From an uncultured Planctomycetales bacterium (GTDB lineage: Bacteria; Omnitrophota; Gorgyraeia; Zapsychrales; JBDRMG01), in contig CAYZIY010000005.1 of NCBI GenBank assembly GCA_964478715.1, positions 19,832 through 83,831 on the forward strand: a stretch of 64,000 bases of DNA, given 5' to 3'. Position 1 is the stretch's first letter; every line of letters begins with the position of its first letter. This document shows, in pieces, positions 9,220 to 17,819 of this stretch. The position numbers and the translations under genes were made by a program. The notes under the pieces were generated by a model. It saw nothing but the letters and a program-made list of their open reading frames with translations. It was not told where the DNA came from and searched no databases.

Positions 9220-10275
9220 TTGAATATGGAATGGAACAAACAAGTATTATTTTTTGACAGCAAACCGTACGATAAGCAGTATTTTAATCGGGCCAATGAA
9301 GGTTTTGGTTTTGACCTTCAGTATTTTGAGGGGCATCTGAGTGCTCAGACGAAGGATTTAGTCAAAGATCATCGGGCTATTTGCGTTTTTGTGAATGATC
9401 AGATTGACAAGAAAATGGTCGATTTCTTAAAGGAAAAAGGAGTCGGATTGGTTGCCTTGCGCAGCGCGGGCTATAATAATGTTGATCTCAAAGCCGCCTA
9501 TGAAAAGATTCATGTTGTCCGCGTGCCCGGTTATTCTCCCCATGCGGTGGCCGAACACGCCACGGGACTGATGCTTAGCTTGAATCGCAAGATTCATAAA
9601 GCATATTATCGAACGCGAGACAATAATTTCTCCATTAATGGACTGCTTGGATTTGATATGCACGGCAAGACTTTAGGCGTTGTGGGGACTGGCAAGATTG
9701 GCAAATGCCTCATTGCCATTGCCCAGGGTTTTGGGATGAACATTTTAGCTTATGATAAGAAAGAAAATGAAGAGTTTGCGGCAAAGCAAAATATCTCTTA
9801 CGTGGATTTGCCAGACCTGTTAAAGCAATCTGATATTGTTTCTTTGCATTGTCCCTTAAACCAAGAAACCTATCACCTGATCGATGAAGAGAAAATCTCT
9901 CAGATGAAAAAGGGAGTCATTCTGATCAACACAGGACGGGGCAAATTAATCAAGACCGAAGCTTTGATCCAGGGCTTGAAAAGCGGTCAGATCGGTTCGG
10001 CTGGGTTGGACGTTTATGAAGAAGAAAGTGAATATTTCTTTGAAGATTTTTCTAACAGCATGATTAGAGATGATCTATTGGCCCGTCTATTGACTTTTCC
10101 CAATGTGCTTGTTACCAGTCATCAGGGATTTTTTACCCGGGAAGCGCTTCAAAATATTGCCTATACGACACTTGGGAATATCAAAGAATATTTCCAGGGA
10201 GGTTATTTAAGAAACGAGATATGCTATCGGTGCGATAAGCCCTGCAAAAAGAAGAACAAAGAGCGTTGTTTTTAA
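9220..10275 (+). CDS. ldhA: NAD-dependent D-lactate dehydrogenase (D-2-hydroxyacid dehydrogenase)
   Basis: LRSAGYNNVD, VPGYSPHAVAEH, GTGKIG, LHCPL, INTGRG, DVYEEE, TSHQGFFT. Confidence 0.85.
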   Translation: MNMEWNKQVLFFDSKPYDKQYFNRANEGFGFDLQYFEGHLSAQTKDLVKDHRAICVFVNDQIDKKMVDFLKEKGVGLVALRSAGYNNVDLKAAYEKIHVVRVPGYSPHAVAEHATGLMLSLNRKIHKAYYRTRDNNFSINGLLGFDMHGKTLGVVGTGKIGKCLIAIAQGFGMNILAYDKKENEEFAAKQNISYVDLPDLLKQSDIVSLHCPLNQETYHLIDEEKISQMKKGVILINTGRGKLIKTEALIQGLKSGQIGSAGLDVYEEESEYFFEDFSNSMIRDDLLARLLTFPNVLVTSHQGFFTREALQNIAYTTLGNIKEYFQGGYLRNEICYRCDKPCKKKNKERCF

Positions 10276-10337
10276 AAAGGCTTTTATTGTTTTTTTATAT
10301 GTGTTACAATTCTTACTCGTCGTGAAAGGAGATTTGG

Positions 10338-10514
10338 TTGACGGAATCTCGCAAAAAGATTTCCCAAAAGAAGTTAAAGGAATTCGTGAAAGAGGAATTT
10401 CTGCTTGAAGAATTTCTCCACAAGGCCCGGAAACGTTATCAAGAAATGGGAAAGCCAAAGAAAGATCCCGCGGGTCAATGGGTTCAATCCCAAGAACAAA
10501 TGAAGAAAAAATAA
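10338..10514 (+). CDS. Small basic hypothetical protein (58 aa), absent from the ORF track
   Basis: RBS AAAGGAG 10325-10331, TTG start, MTESRKKISQKKLKEFVKEEFLLEEFLHKARKRYQEMGKPKKDPAGQWVQSQEQMKKK, TAA stop. Confidence 0.55.
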   Translation: MTESRKKISQKKLKEFVKEEFLLEEFLHKARKRYQEMGKPKKDPAGQWVQSQEQMKKK

Positions 10515-10582
10515 AGAAGCGGGTTGATGGCTCGCTTAAGAGGAAACATAAAAGAAAAAGATGAGATGGGAAAGGATGATTT

Positions 10583-10798
10583 TTGATGATTGAAGTTGGG
10601 GTGATTTCGGCGAAAATTTTATCATTACTTGAAAAAAGTAAGAAACCCAAGAGCATTGGGGATCTTCGCGCGGCCTCCAAAGAATCAAAAGAAAACACCT
10701 GCATGGCGATCGGCTGGCTGGTGCGGGGCGGCCTGGCGAAAGTGAGTTATGAAAAGGAGAAATACGTAGTGACATTGATTCTAAAAGGAAGCATTTGA
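10583..10798 (+). CDS. Winged-helix protein, DUF2582-like
   Basis: EVGVISAKILSLL...MAIGWLVRGG pattern. Confidence 0.7.
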   Translation: MMIEVGVISAKILSLLEKSKKPKSIGDLRAASKESKENTCMAIGWLVRGGLAKVSYEKEKYVVTLILKGSI

Positions 10799-10805
10799 GG
10801 GGGTT

Positions 10806-11927
10806 TTGATGTACAAGATTTTACTGATGACTTTTGAATATCCGACGGGAAGAAAATATTGCGGGGGTGTGGGGCAAATCGTTAAACAGTGTCGTGATGC
10901 CCTGGCGGGATTAAACAATGACGTGTATGTTTTGATAAGTCCTGCATTTCGCAAGAAACGTCCCCTGAGAGTCTTGATGCCGGATAATACGATCAAGAAG
11001 TATGAGTCTTTTTATTCCTTTCAGAAAGAGCATTCTCTGGCGGATTTTGATATGATTATTCAGCATTTTGTTAATTGGACCCAGGCGTTGATGAAACTCA
11101 AAAAGCGCAGAGGGAAACGGCCAAAAATTATCTACCATTTCCATAGTATTTTACGAAGGGAGAGAGATGCTGGATTTAAGACATTCAACAGATTCTTGCT
11201 TAATCAAGAAAAAATGATCGAGATGGCCGATCAAATTATCTGTCCGTCTAATTATGAATATGAAAATTTTAACCGGTATTTTCCTTATTTCTCGGAGAAA
11301 GTACAGGTGATCGAGAACACAATTGAAACCTTCCCTCCCCAGGCAAAGATCATTGAGGAGCTCAGGAAAAAATACAGGATAAAGAAAAACGATATTGTTT
11401 CTATTTACGTGGGACGGCTGGAGCGGATCAAGGGGGCGCACATTCTTATCAATGAACTTCCCCAGATTCTTAAGAAGCGAAAAAATAAAAAGATTTTCAT
11501 CGTGGGGAAGTCTGCCGAGAAGGGACTTCATAGAAAATTGCGTAAGCTGTTGAAGGAATATCCCAAGCGTATTTTCTATATAAAATATTTGAAAAAAAAC
11601 ATTCTTTATCAGCTTTATTATTTGAGTGATATTTATATCAATACATCATTGAGCGAATCCTTTTCTCTAAGTACGCATGAGAGCGCTTATTGCGGCAATG
11701 TCCTTTTATTAAACCGTATTCCTGTTTTTGATAAATTTGAGAATGAGGCTCTCTTTTTCTCGGGTCATGAGAGCAATGGAGAGAGCTTTGCGCATCAGTA
11801 TGAGGGCCTGATGCAAAGCAAGCATTTAAGAAACAGGCTTTCCAGAAAATCGCGTAATGTCGCCAGGAAGTTTGTGGCCAAGGACCGTCTGAAGAGGGAA
11901 TTTCGTAAACTGCTTAAAGCAGGATAG
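10806..11927 (+). CDS. Glycosyltransferase family 4
   Basis: LLMTFEYP..GGVG, YVGRLERIKG, SLSESFSL. Confidence 0.85.
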   Translation: MMYKILLMTFEYPTGRKYCGGVGQIVKQCRDALAGLNNDVYVLISPAFRKKRPLRVLMPDNTIKKYESFYSFQKEHSLADFDMIIQHFVNWTQALMKLKKRRGKRPKIIYHFHSILRRERDAGFKTFNRFLLNQEKMIEMADQIICPSNYEYENFNRYFPYFSEKVQVIENTIETFPPQAKIIEELRKKYRIKKNDIVSIYVGRLERIKGAHILINELPQILKKRKNKKIFIVGKSAEKGLHRKLRKLLKEYPKRIFYIKYLKKNILYQLYYLSDIYINTSLSESFSLSTHESAYCGNVLLLNRIPVFDKFENEALFFSGHESNGESFAHQYEGLMQSKHLRNRLSRKSRNVARKFVAKDRLKREFRKLLKAG

Positions 11928-11937
11928 CCGAAGGTGA

Positions 11938-12273
11938 TTGATGGCCAATGCTCAGAAAAAAGACAAACAGGTGACGATCACCCAATATAAATGGGCCGGT
12001 CGCAGAGGTCCTTTTAAGATCAAATCCCAGTGCGATGAATGTAATTTGGTGACCCACACGCTTAAGGTGATGATGGATCAGGAATTTAAAGAGAAGAATG
12101 TGAAGCTTGAAATTCTTCCCTGGCTGGATAATGCTTTTTATTGTCTGGCCAGAGGTGCCTGGCACCCGCCGATTATTATGATCAACGGAAAAAAGTTCTT
12201 TCAGTTCAGCAAAAGAAAACCGATGTTTGATCGCGCCAAACTTGTTTCCGAAGTCGAAAAAGTCCTATCGTAA
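11938..12273 (+). CDS. Thioredoxin-fold-like hypothetical protein
   Basis: CDEC motif and HPPIIMINGK cis-Pro-like strand. Confidence 0.5.
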   Translation: MMANAQKKDKQVTITQYKWAGRRGPFKIKSQCDECNLVTHTLKVMMDQEFKEKNVKLEILPWLDNAFYCLARGAWHPPIIMINGKKFFQFSKRKPMFDRAKLVSEVEKVLS

Positions 12274-12363
12274 TTCTTCTATTTTCCAATTGTTATAAAA
12301 GAATAATAAATTTGTCATTAGTTTATTATCCATGTATACTTATGACAAAAAAAGGAGCAGTGA

Positions 12364-13284
12364 GTGATGAGAAAAATACTGTTTTTGGTTTGCGTCTTAT
12401 TGATTTTTGTTTCACCGAAGGCTTTTAGTCAGGAAATCTATCTCGAGGAGAAAGTTATTTCTGCGACAGAAGAAATTATCGCAGATACCGGACGCCCGAC
12501 AAGCGGAGGCGGTCCCATTCCCATGGGAACACTGTTGAATTACAATCAATGGCTAGCTGCCCAGTTTACAACGGAACAGGATTATACGATTACAACGATA
12601 CAAGGTTTTATTGCCAAGAGTCAGGGCGAAACCCTGCATGTTGTGATTTATGGTGACGGGGGAAATATTCCAAATGTGAATCAGGAGATCCACTCTCAGC
12701 AGATTGTTCTCCAAGGGCAAGGGGAGCTAAGGGATTGGTACGGGACTTCTGATCTAGACTGGAATCTTGCTGCCGGGACATATTGGGTGGCTTATGAAAT
12801 CAGAGAAGGCGACACTTATTACGGAGGTATGTATTATGATGCTCCCAATCCACTACCTAAAGAGGCTAGCGTACATTGGGAATATAGCGACGGTTATAGC
12901 GGAGACGGCAGTTCGGGCGGACATGGCTGGAGAATTAAAGGTGTTCCTGTGGCCGACAATGAGCCGCCCGTTGCTCATGCGGGTATAGATATTATCTGTT
13001 CGGCTAATGCCTTGGTCAAGCTTGATGGCAGTCAATCTTGTGATCCCGATGGAGAGATTGTTATTTATCAATGGACGCGTTTGCCCGATCAAAAGCTTAT
13101 CTGTCGCAGTGAACATCCGCGATGTTCTGTTAGAGCTTTGGGAAGGGCTGAGGAAGTGATTCAGTTGAGAGTCATCGACAATGGCGGAAACGCGGATACC
13201 GATAAAATGACGATTATTAACCGGCGAGTCAGGCAGGCCAATTCAATTGAGCCGCTTATCGAGCAAGTCGGATCCGTAAGATAA
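12364..13284 (+). CDS. Secreted beta-sandwich protein (choice-of-anchor R-like domain plus PKD/Ig-like domain)
   Basis: Signal peptide ending AFS-Q; AAQFTT...LAAGTYWVA; NEPPVAHAG...LDGSQSCDPDG..YQW (PKD). Confidence 0.65.
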   Translation: MMRKILFLVCVLLIFVSPKAFSQEIYLEEKVISATEEIIADTGRPTSGGGPIPMGTLLNYNQWLAAQFTTEQDYTITTIQGFIAKSQGETLHVVIYGDGGNIPNVNQEIHSQQIVLQGQGELRDWYGTSDLDWNLAAGTYWVAYEIREGDTYYGGMYYDAPNPLPKEASVHWEYSDGYSGDGSSGGHGWRIKGVPVADNEPPVAHAGIDIICSANALVKLDGSQSCDPDGEIVIYQWTRLPDQKLICRSEHPRCSVRALGRAEEVIQLRVIDNGGNADTDKMTIINRRVRQANSIEPLIEQVGSVR

Positions 13285-13361
13285 AGGAGATTGCCACTTG
13301 GTTATTTTTAGATAGAGATCAAGTTTCGTTGTTGTCTAAAAACGCTTCATAAATATAAATA

Positions 13362-13390
13362 TTGACAAACCTAGGAAAATAGGACATACT
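13362..13390 (+). promoter_or_regulatory. Sigma70 promoter of the cold-shock gene
   Basis: TTGACA 13362-13367, 17-bp spacer, CATACT 13385-13390. Confidence 0.75.
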
Positions 13391-13428
13391 TAAAATAGTT
13401 TAAGGACGCAAGGTTTAGAAGACGACTG

Positions 13429-13466
13429 AAACCGCAAGGTTAAAGCAGATCGGCCTTGCGGTTTTT
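13429..13466 (+). terminator. Terminator-like hairpin inside the csp 5' leader (possible attenuator)
   Basis: AAACCGCAAGG 13429-13439 pairs with CCTTGCGGTTT 13454-13464, ending in a T run. Confidence 0.55.
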
Positions 13467-13496
13467 GTATAACCACTCAATCAAGGAGGACAAAAA

Positions 13497-13697
13497 GTGG
13501 TTAAAGGTACAGTAAAATGGTTTAGCAACCAAAAAGGCTATGGTTTTATCGCCGCCGAAACAGGAAAAGATGTTTTTGTGCATCATTCTGAAATTCAGGG
13601 CGATGGCTATAAGACCTTAGACGAAGGGCAGTCCGTTGAGTTTGAGATTACGGATGGTCCTAAAGGGGAGCAGGCCAAAAACGTCGTAAAAATGTAA
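13497..13697 (+). CDS. cspA: Cold-shock protein
   Basis: [15 protein letters not shown] (RNP1), DVFVHHS (RNP2); RBS AGGAGG. Confidence 0.95.
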   Translation: MVKGTVKWFSNQKGYGFIAAETGKDVFVHHSEIQGDGYKTLDEGQSVEFEITDGPKGEQAKNVVKM

Positions 13698-13713
13698 TTT
13701 GGTTTTTACGTGA

Positions 13714-13745
13714 GGGGCATTTTTTGAGAAATCAAAAAATGCCCC
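13714..13745 (+). terminator. Perfect 14-bp hairpin after cspA
   Basis: GGGGCATTTTTTGA-GAAA-TCAAAAAATGCCCC. Confidence 0.7.
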
Positions 13746-13756
13746 GATTGTTTTCT

Positions 13757-13790
13757 GGGGGCCAATGCTTTTGCATTGGCCCCCTTGTTT
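13757..13790 (+). terminator. Second hairpin, likely intrinsic terminator
   Basis: GGGGGCCAATGC-TTTT-GCATTGGCCCCC followed by TTGTTT. Confidence 0.75.
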
Positions 13791-13837
13791 ATAAACCCGA
13801 AGGGTACAACACTACGGCTTTAGCCGTGGGTATTTAT
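13791..13837. repeat. REP- or IS200/IS605-end-like imperfect palindrome
   Basis: CTACGGCT-TT-AGCCGTGG core (13812-13829) with outer ATAAA/TTTAT. Confidence 0.4.
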
Positions 13838-13960
13838 TAAGAAAACGCTTTCCCAATTTAGGCAGAAACATCATTTCCCGCCTTGTTGACATCTTTAATC
13901 GTGGCATACTTTTAATAACTAGTAATAAGAAGCCGATCAATTGAGATAGGCGGGAATATC

Positions 13961-14332
13961 ATGCGCAAGCTTCTTTTCAAAAATACAAAATCTTTGAATA
14001 AAAAACGCTCTGAGCTTTTTTTTGCCGAACATGTTCAGCGTGGCACAATCACTCAGGATATCGAGAAGAGAACGGTATATCGGATTAAAGAAATTCTGGA
14101 ATTTACCGATTCCCTAGATCTGGCTCTCTTTTTGGATGCCAAAAAGGATGATACGAAACCACAAACTTTTATTATTAATTCCCTCAATACAAAGAAGCTA
14201 GTTAAAACATATACTTATAAAGTAATTGGCGAACAGTTGGTTGTAATAAACGACAAAGTAATTATTCTCAAAGTGACCTATTGTTATAAGCGGACAATTA
14301 TTGACCGTAGTTCTCATTTCTCCTACCATTAA
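13961..14332 (+). CDS. Hypothetical protein, visibly AT-rich
   Basis: 123-aa ORF filling the intergenic space; no recognised motif. Confidence 0.55.
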   Translation: MRKLLFKNTKSLNKKRSELFFAEHVQRGTITQDIEKRTVYRIKEILEFTDSLDLALFLDAKKDDTKPQTFIINSLNTKKLVKTYTYKVIGEQLVVINDKVIILKVTYCYKRTIIDRSSHFSYH

Positions 14333-14406
14333 TTATCTTTAATAATATTTTTTAAAAAATGTTCTATCTTATTATCAAATAAGACTTTATCCAAAATGCT
14401 TTCAAC

Positions 14407-14435
14407 TTGCATCTACCTGTGGCCTATGTTAGAAT
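14407..14435 (+). promoter_or_regulatory. Sigma70 promoter of the secretion/pilus operon
   Basis: TTGCAT-17 bp-TAGAAT with extended TGn; ATG 9 nt downstream. Confidence 0.65.
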
Positions 14436-14444
14436 CAATCACTG

Positions 14445-15674
14445 ATGACGAAATTTTTCTACAGGGCTAAACAGGGCCCCAATGATGTTGCAGAAGGAAC
14501 GATCGAGGCCGATAATCTTGATAATGCAGTCCAAAGCGTGATCGAGCTGGGCTTAACACCGATCGATGTTTATGTCGCAACCAAAAGAGAAGAGCTCCTG
14601 GTAAAAAAATCCAGGATTTTTTCTTTTTCTTTTCCTAGACGAATTAATCCCGCAGATCGGACTATTTTCACAAGGCAGTTAAGTGATTTGATTGAAGCTG
14701 GAGTTCCTTTACTGCAGGCACTCAATATTGCCGTTAAGCAGATGCCCCACGCTCTGTTGAGGCAGATTATCGAAAAGGTTAGGGATGCCGTGCGTGACGG
14801 CAGCACGCTTTCCGATGCATTGGCATTTTATCCCGCGCTCTTTCCCAGGCTTTATACCAGCATGATCCATTCCGGGGAGATTAGTGGAAACCTGGGTCTG
14901 ATTTTAAGCCGTTTAGCCGAATTTTCTGAACGGGACGAAGAGGTCCGCTCAAAAGTTAAATCGAGCCTGATTTATCCAAGTTTAATTTTAATTGTGGGGG
15001 CTGTCACTATCTTTGTTCTTTTATCTTTTGTGATTCCACGCTTGACGGTGATGTTCGATGATTTATCTCAAGATCTGCCTCTGATTACGGTTATTCTTGT
15101 TGCTGCTAGCCGTTTCTTGGAGAGATTTTGGTGGCTTATTATTCTCTTTTTGGTTGGTGGTTTGCTTTATCTAAAAAAAGTGTTCTCGACCTCCGAAGGA
15201 AAGTTTTGGTTGGATTCCAGGAAACTCCGCCTTCCTGTTTTGGGGCGGTTCATTGCAGATGTTGAGCTGGGGCGTTTTGCCCGTACGCTGGGAACGCTTC
15301 TAGATAGTGGTGTCGTAATCGTCACGGCTCTGGAAACCGTTTGCGGACTTTTAGATAATGAAGTATTCAGAAATGAAATCAGAAAAGTCCATGAGGAAGT
15401 GGGGCAGGGCACTTCGCTGAGCCGGGCTTTAGAAAATTGTCCCCATTTTCCGGAAGATGCGCTGCATATGATTGTCGTGGGAGAAGAATCGGGCCGCTTG
15501 GAGCAGTCTTTGTATAAGTTGGCCGATACCTACGAGAGACGCTCGGATAGATCTGTCAAGGCGGTGACCAGTCTTTTGGAACCGCTATTGATTGTATTCG
15601 TGGGATCTGTTGTGGGCTTTATTGTTATCGCCATGTTGCTGCCGATCTTTAAGATGAATTTGATAATCCAATAA
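14445..15674 (+). CDS. gspF: Type II secretion F family platform protein (GspF/PilC)
   Basis: FTRQLSDLIEAGVPL, SGEISGNL, LIYP, GEESGRL, LLEP. Confidence 0.92.
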   Translation: MTKFFYRAKQGPNDVAEGTIEADNLDNAVQSVIELGLTPIDVYVATKREELLVKKSRIFSFSFPRRINPADRTIFTRQLSDLIEAGVPLLQALNIAVKQMPHALLRQIIEKVRDAVRDGSTLSDALAFYPALFPRLYTSMIHSGEISGNLGLILSRLAEFSERDEEVRSKVKSSLIYPSLILIVGAVTIFVLLSFVIPRLTVMFDDLSQDLPLITVILVAASRFLERFWWLIILFLVGGLLYLKKVFSTSEGKFWLDSRKLRLPVLGRFIADVELGRFARTLGTLLDSGVVIVTALETVCGLLDNEVFRNEIRKVHEEVGQGTSLSRALENCPHFPEDALHMIVVGEESGRLEQSLYKLADTYERRSDRSVKAVTSLLEPLLIVFVGSVVGFIVIAMLLPIFKMNLIIQ

Positions 15675-15693
15675 CAAGCAATACGGAGGAGTT

Positions 15694-16143
15694 ATGATGA
15701 TAAAAGAAAAAAGTGGTTTTACTTTGGTAGAAATTATGCTGGTTGTCATAATTATCGGAATTTTAGCCACGATGGCTGTCACGAATCTGGCCGGCAGAGG
15801 TGAGCAGGCCCGGGAGGCAGCCGCAAGGGCCGATATTGAAGTCACTCTGGCTACAGCTCTGGATCTTTATGAGTTGGATAACGGCCGGTATCCCACAACC
15901 GAACAAGGATTAAGGGCTCTGATCGTTGAGCCGTCCTCAACACCTGTTCCCCGCAACTGGAGTGGTCCCTATTTGAAAAAACAACGAATTCCCAAAGATC
16001 CTTGGGGCAATGAGTATGTTTATGTCAGTCCCGGTATCCATAACGCAGAGGAGTATGATTTGTCGTCCTATGGTTCGGATCAGGTCGAAGGCGGGGATGA
16101 CGATATTGTTAATTGGGCCCAGGAAGAATTCGATTTAAATTGA
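15694..16143 (+). CDS. gspG: Major pseudopilin
   Basis: G|FTLVEIM, YELDNGRYPTTEQGL, WSGPYL, PKDPWG. Confidence 0.93.
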   Translation: MMIKEKSGFTLVEIMLVVIIIGILATMAVTNLAGRGEQAREAAARADIEVTLATALDLYELDNGRYPTTEQGLRALIVEPSSTPVPRNWSGPYLKKQRIPKDPWGNEYVYVSPGIHNAEEYDLSSYGSDQVEGGDDDIVNWAQEEFDLN

Positions 16144-16664
16144 AGTCCTTTTTCTCTTTCTTTACCCCCTATTCATGTCTTTTTAAACAAAAGCGATCCT
16201 TCACGCTAGTGGAGCTTCTCCTTGTGGTTATTATTCTGGGGATCATAGCCGGTATTGCTGTTCCCAGCTTCGGTCCCGCGATGGCTCATTTGGAACTGAA
16301 GGAAACGACCAATAATATAGCTTATTTGATGCGTTATGCGCAATCCAAGGCCGTTGTTCAAAACACGGTTTATTCGATCATCATCGATCGGGGTCAGAAA
16401 AAATATTGGCTGGCGCGTGCTGATGATGACGCCGATGAGAATGATACGCAATCTTTTAAAAAGATCACAGGTCGTCTCGGGCGGATATTCGGTATTCCCG
16501 ATCATATAGAGATTGAAATGCCCAAGGAGTTTGTTCTTTTTTATCCGGAGGGTCGCATAGAGAAATTAAAAATATTTTTAACCAATCGAGGGAATCAGAC
16601 ATATACCATTGCTACAGATCAACAGATCAATCGGATTCTGGTTTTCGATCTGCGTCTTGACTAA
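16140..16664 (+). CDS. Minor pseudopilin, GspH-like
   Basis: S|FTLVELLLV, MRYAQSKAV, FYPEG; TTG start overlapping the gspG stop (start uncertain). Confidence 0.8.
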   Translation: MKSFFSFFTPYSCLFKQKRSFTLVELLLVVIILGIIAGIAVPSFGPAMAHLELKETTNNIAYLMRYAQSKAVVQNTVYSIIIDRGQKKYWLARADDDADENDTQSFKKITGRLGRIFGIPDHIEIEMPKEFVLFYPEGRIEKLKIFLTNRGNQTYTIATDQQINRILVFDLRLD

Positions 16665-16678
16665 AGGAGATTGCGCTT

Positions 16679-17092
16679 TTGAAAAACCGACAAGCGATTT
16701 CAAAAATGAGGGCTTCGATTCTGATCGAGGTTTTGCTTACGATTACGATTTTGGCTGTCGGTCTGACTATGGTCATCCGCTCGTATGTCGCTGCTCTTAG
16801 AGCGCGCAGCTATTCAACTGATTATGAACAAGCTGTGATCTTAGCTGAAAATAAACTACAGGAATATATTCACAAAGGCTTAATTGAATCGGGGTTAGAT
16901 GAGAGGGGATTTTTCCCCTCGCCCAATAGCCAATTTGAATATCGCCTTGAAAGTCGGGAAGTCGCCTCAAAAGAAGAACCCTTGGGATCTTTAGCCCTTG
17001 TGACCTGTGAAATATTATGGAGAAAAGGAAGACGTGATAATAATATTTCAGTATCGACCTATCTATTTCGCGCCCAGAAAGATGAAGAATAG
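16679..17092 (+). CDS. Minor pseudopilin, GspI-like
   Basis: S|ILIEVLLTITILAVGL, AVILAENKL. Confidence 0.75.
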   Translation: MKNRQAISKMRASILIEVLLTITILAVGLTMVIRSYVAALRARSYSTDYEQAVILAENKLQEYIHKGLIESGLDERGFFPSPNSQFEYRLESREVASKEEPLGSLALVTCEILWRKGRRDNNISVSTYLFRAQKDEE

Positions 17093-17819
17093 AAGGAGTC
17101 AAGTCGCCTTTACATTAGTTGAGCTTCTCTTGGCTTTAACGATTTTTTCTTTGATCTCTCTGAGCCTTTATGCGACTTTTTCTTCGGGGCTTCGCTTGTC
17201 AAAACGAGCTCAGGAAGATCATCATGTTTATCAGGACATCCATTGGTCTGTGGATATTCTCAGTCGCGATTTGCAAAATGCCGTTTTTTTTGATGTCTCG
17301 AATCTTGAAGGCGTAGAGCTGTCGTTTGAAGGAGGGCCGGATACAGTCGCTTTTCTGACCCAGACAGAAGACGGACTTAAATATGTTCGATATTATTTAA
17401 AGCCTCTGGAGACAACCCATATTCACGAGGTGGTCGTGGGAGAACATCACAAGAAACTTGATGAGATTGTCACTTTTTACGAAGAGGAGATGAACCAGCT
17501 ATGTTTTGTTCGCGAGCAAAAATCTCTTACGGATTGGATGACCTCCGGCTCTGAAGAGCAAGTTGAGGATATTATAAGCTTTGCCATGTCGGAAAACGGA
17601 CTTCGTTTTTCCTTTCCTTTTGCCGAGTTAGACCAGAGTCTGGAAACGCAAGAGACAAAAGTGATCTGGAAGGATTCTTGGGCACTCAATTATCTTCCCA
17701 GCGCCATTGAAGTAAGCCTAAGTTTTTTATATCCCGACAAAGAGCAAGAGCCCGTCAGGATTAAACGAAAGATCATTATTCCCACCGGGTATGTGGGAAT
17801 TGAGGAAGCAGTGAAATGA
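17082..17819 (+). CDS. Minor pseudopilin, GspJ-like
   Basis: A|FTLVELLLAL, LSRDLQNA, W...LPSAIEV; ATG at 17082 preferred to 17007. Confidence 0.8.
   Translation: MKNRRSQVAFTLVELLLALTIFSLISLSLYATFSSGLRLSKRAQEDHHVYQDIHWSVDILSRDLQNAVFFDVSNLEGVELSFEGGPDTVAFLTQTEDGLKYVRYYLKPLETTHIHEVVVGEHHKKLDEIVTFYEEEMNQLCFVREQKSLTDWMTSGSEEQVEDIISFAMSENGLRFSFPFAELDQSLETQETKVIWKDSWALNYLPSAIEVSLSFLYPDKEQEPVRIKRKIIIPTGYVGIEEAVK

Noticed and set aside
10207-10704. 165-aa minus-strand ORF and the other antisense or nested ORFs in the track (e.g. 38733-39332, 47541-48098, 22276-22812)
   Set aside because: Shadows of well-supported genes on the other strand, with no motifs or RBS
13873-13957. 9-bp inverted repeat TTCCCGCCT/AGGCGGGAA flanking the orphan gene promoter
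   Set aside because: Short and widely separated, and one arm lies upstream of the likely TSS; could be chance
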